From: Bradymonadia bacterium
GTDB taxonomy: Bacteria; Myxococcota_A; Bradymonadia; UBA7976; UBA1532
Assembly: GCA_049318805.1 (NCBI GenBank)
Contig: JBMOFP010000001.1
Location: 61,247 to 125,246 of the forward strand
Direction of reading: 5' to 3'
DNA: 64,000 nucleotides
This document shows positions 61,401 through 64,000 of the stretch, piece after piece (within the stretch, counting starts at the first letter, position 1; each line of letters starts with the position of its first letter). A model generated the notes under the pieces. That model was given only the letters and a program-made list of their open reading frames with translations. It had not been told where the DNA came from and ran no database searches. The translations under genes and the position numbers were made by a program.

Positions 61401-63999
61401 TGTCGCCCGCGGGGTCTACGAAGAGTCCCGCATCTCCGCCGCTGACACCCAGCCACTCCATGCGCCAGCCGTCGCTGGTCTCGATCCAGTGGTCCAGACG
61501 GTTCGATTCGAGCCGCTCGCCGAACGGATCGTCCCGCGGGTCGTCGGTGCGGAGCACGCTGTTCACGAGCACACGGAGTCGCTCATCCGGACCCAGCGCG
61601 GCGTCGAAGGTGAAGCCCGTCGGGGGCGCGTCCAGGGCGACATCCGTGCGCATCCACCCCTGCGGACTCCAATCGTGCACGCTCATCTCGGGCACCTCGT
61701 TCCCGGCGAGCGCCACGAAGCCGAGCCGAGTGGGCGCCGCGAACGGGACCACCGGACCGTCGACCGCGGGCAGCACGGTGTACTCCGTGCCGGCCTCGCG
61801 CCAAACGATGACGTCCGTTCGCTCGGAGATGCAGGTGTACACGGCCATCAAAGGGATGCCGGCCTCGCCGCCGGCCATGCGCAAGGGGCATTCGCCTCGG
61901 ACCAACGCGGGGTCGAAGTCGTCCGGCATCGGCAGGCGCTCGGGCGGATCGACCGCAGTCAAGCGTACGATGCGCTCCGGCCCGATGTAGCGCAGGAAGA
62001 CCGCGCCGTCCTTCGAGACGTACATCGCCTGCGCCTCACCCTCGTTCGCGATCGCCGGGTAGTTGAGCGCCTCCGCGGTTTCGGGATCGAAACGGACGAC
62101 CTGCCGCGCGCCAACGAGGCGAAAGAAGCGTCCGCGCTCGTCCACGGCCACGGGGCCCGTCGCCGCGGGCATCGAGTGCTCGCGCCAGGCGGCGTCGCGC
62201 GTCGTCAGCACCACGGGTGTTTCGACCGTTCGACCGGCCGCGTCCGTCGTCTGCCGTGAGAAATAGACGGAGAGGGTCACCGGGGCGTCGGGCGCCGGCG
62301 CACCGACCCGTGTAAGGGCCAAGCGGACGGCGTCGCCCCAGGATGGACTCGTGTTCAAGGGACCGTACGCAAACCCCTCATCGACGACTCGCCGCGCGAC
62401 CCGCGCTGGGGTCGGGTCGAGGTCTTCGATGCGCGTCGGCCATGCGACGTGTCCGTGCGTCGCTCCCCCGGGCCATCGATCGAAGCTCGCGAGCCGAGGC
62501 GCGTTCTCTGGTCCCAGGCGCAGGCGCCGCTCGTTCACCACGCCGTCCGGCCCCACCGTCCACGTAGACAGGTCGCCCGCGACCACGAAAACGTCGCCTG
62601 TCATGAAGCCGTCGACCTTGACGGTCCCTGGCTCGTCGCGCGACAGCACCCCCGCTGGCGGGTTGAGGCCCGGCAATTGCACCATGCCCCACCCCTCGGC
62701 AGCGACGGGACGCGTAAACAAGGTCGAGCCCAGCACGGCGTCGATCCCCCCGTCTCCGCGCAGGCTGAACTTGGCGGGCGGACCGCGTCCACGACACGCG
62801 GGCGTCGCGTCGGGCATGGGCTGAGCGCGCCAGCCCGTGACCCGAGTCCAGAGCGCGGTCTGCCAGGGGGAACTGCCGTCGCCGCGACACCAGGCCGACC
62901 AGAGGTTGCCGTCGGGCAGGGCCAGCAGACCTATCTCCCCGTCGTTGTTCGAGTCCGGCAGGAAGCGTTGGTTCGTCCATGCTTCGGGTCCTACGAGCGC
63001 GGGCCCCCCCGCGTCGGGCACCGCTGGGCGTGTCGCGTGCTGAATCAGACGTTCCACCGACTCCTGCGCCCACAGCAGCTCGAGACCTTCGTCGGGTCGA
63101 ACGACCAGCGCGAGGCCGTCTTCGATGAAACGCTTGGGCGCCAGGTCCTCGACCAGGCCCGTGTCTTCCACCTGCCATCCGTCGGCGCCGCGCCACGCGT
63201 GTTTCAACCGGTGGCCCCGTCGGTCGAAGTAGACGACGTGAGGGACGCCGCTCGTCCCGACGGCCACGGACGAGACGAGGCTCACCGGGACGTCGTCGAC
63301 GACCTCGACGGGCGCGTCCGGGGCGGTCGAGCGGTACCAGAGCCGAGCCGTGCCGTAGACGTGGTGAGCGACGCCGTCCGGACCCACGGCGACCCGCGCG
63401 GCACGCTCGGCCTGGGTGCCTGCATAGAACCGACGCTCTTCGGGTGCTGCGAGGGGGAACGTCTCGACGACGACACGCCAGTCGACCTGCCGCGTCGTCG
63501 AATTGCCGGCCGCGTCCGTCGCCGTCACCTCGAGTCGATGGGGTCCCTCGGAGAGGCCGACCAGGGCCACCTCGGGCGGGCACTCGGCGAGCGGTCGACC
63601 GTCCAGGGCGCAACTGAGCGTCGCGTCCGCAGGGTCCCAGGCTGCGAGGAAGGTCGCGGCGCGTGGGTGTTCCCCCGTCGGGCCGCCTTCGACCGCCAAC
63701 GCGGGCGGGACGGTGTCGAGCGTGAAGGCAGCCTCGGCCGGAGACGGATCGACGGAGGGACCGAGCACCGCGCGGGCCTGAAAGACGTGCGGGCCGTCCT
63801 CAGGGACCACGAGCCCGGGGCGCGCGGCACAGGGCTCGAATGCACCGTCGTCCAGGCGACACTCGAAGGTGGCCGCTGGCGCGCTGGCGCGCAGTCGCAC
63901 AGGCAGCACACGCTGGTTCGTGAGCGCGGGCGGCGGTTGGTCGATGAAGGTCTCCAAGGGTCCGAGGACCTCGGCGTCGGGCGCGGGCGGCAGGGCGTC
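61345..63999 (-). CDS. Large extracellular protein with Ig-like domains and beta-propeller-like region, 5'-partial
   Basis: ATFECRLD..GPHVFQARA and CALDG..EGPHRLEVTATDAAGN Ig modules, PHVVYFD..LKHAW blades; frame is open to the window end. Confidence 0.7.
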   Translation of the reverse strand, partial: DALPPAPDAEVLGPLETFIDQPPPALTNQRVLPVRLRASAPAATFECRLDDGAFEPCAARPGLVVPEDGPHVFQARAVLGPSVDPSPAEAAFTLDTVPPALAVEGGPTGEHPRAATFLAAWDPADATLSCALDGRPLAECPPEVALVGLSEGPHRLEVTATDAAGNSTTRQVDWRVVVETFPLAAPEERRFYAGTQAERAARVAVGPDGVAHHVYGTARLWYRSTAPDAPVEVVDDVPVSLVSSVAVGTSGVPHVVYFDRRGHRLKHAWRGADGWQVEDTGLVEDLAPKRFIEDGLALVVRPDEGLELLWAQESVERLIQHATRPAVPDAGGPALVGPEAWTNQRFLPDSNNDGEIGLLALPDGNLWSAWCRGDGSSPWQTALWTRVTGWRAQPMPDATPACRGRGPPAKFSLRGDGGIDAVLGSTLFTRPVAAEGWGMVQLPGLNPPAGVLSRDEPGTVKVDGFMTGDVFVVAGDLSTWTVGPDGVVNERRLRLGPENAPRLASFDRWPGGATHGHVAWPTRIEDLDPTPARVARRVVDEGFAYGPLNTSPSWGDAVRLALTRVGAPAPDAPVTLSVYFSRQTTDAAGRTVETPVVLTTRDAAWREHSMPAATGPVAVDERGRFFRLVGARQVVRFDPETAEALNYPAIANEGEAQAMYVSKDGAVFLRYIGPERIVRLTAVDPPERLPMPDDFDPALVRGECPLRMAGGEAGIPLMAVYTCISERTDVIVWREAGTEYTVLPAVDGPVVPFAAPTRLGFVALAGNEVPEMSVHDWSPQGWMRTDVALDAPPTGFTFDAALGPDERLRVLVNSVLRTDDPRDDPFGERLESNRLDHWIETSDGWRMEWLGVSGGDAGLFVDPAGDTTLVWWDRQALAWRMARR

Positions 64000-64000
64000 G

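Overview
A very GC-rich, densely coding bacterial window. The many Cys-rich and thrombospondin-type lipoproteins, a Ser/Thr kinase-FGE fusion and PEGA, HEAT and pilin-like proteins point to a Myxococcota-type organism (inference). It begins with a 2-oxoacid dehydrogenase/lipoylation cluster (lpdA, E1-beta, E2, lipB, lipA), followed by about 45 accessory genes. No rRNA, tRNA, CRISPR array or transposase was recognised. Two candidate undescribed systems stand out. (1) A divergent beta-1,3-glucan utilisation locus of about 15 kb (40061-54838) encoding GH81, GH16, GH1, a ROK repressor with two XylR-like 25-bp operators and several putative glycan-binding lipoproteins. It has no SusC/SusD pair; instead a clan GH-A hydrolase is fused to a probable outer-membrane beta-barrel. 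(2) A translationally coupled operon (7205-9290) of a divergent GTP cyclohydrolase I, a secreted SUOX/PruR-like-domain cytochrome c and a membrane protein, possibly a periplasmic pterin redox or sensing module. Also notable: a highly structured MITE-like repeat flanking a beta-barrel gene, an orphan eboA-eboB pair, a YihQ-like GH31 with an altered sulfonate pocket, and a lipoprotein carrying a pilin body without a prepilin leader. All family assignments come from motif recognition by eye; no database search was run.
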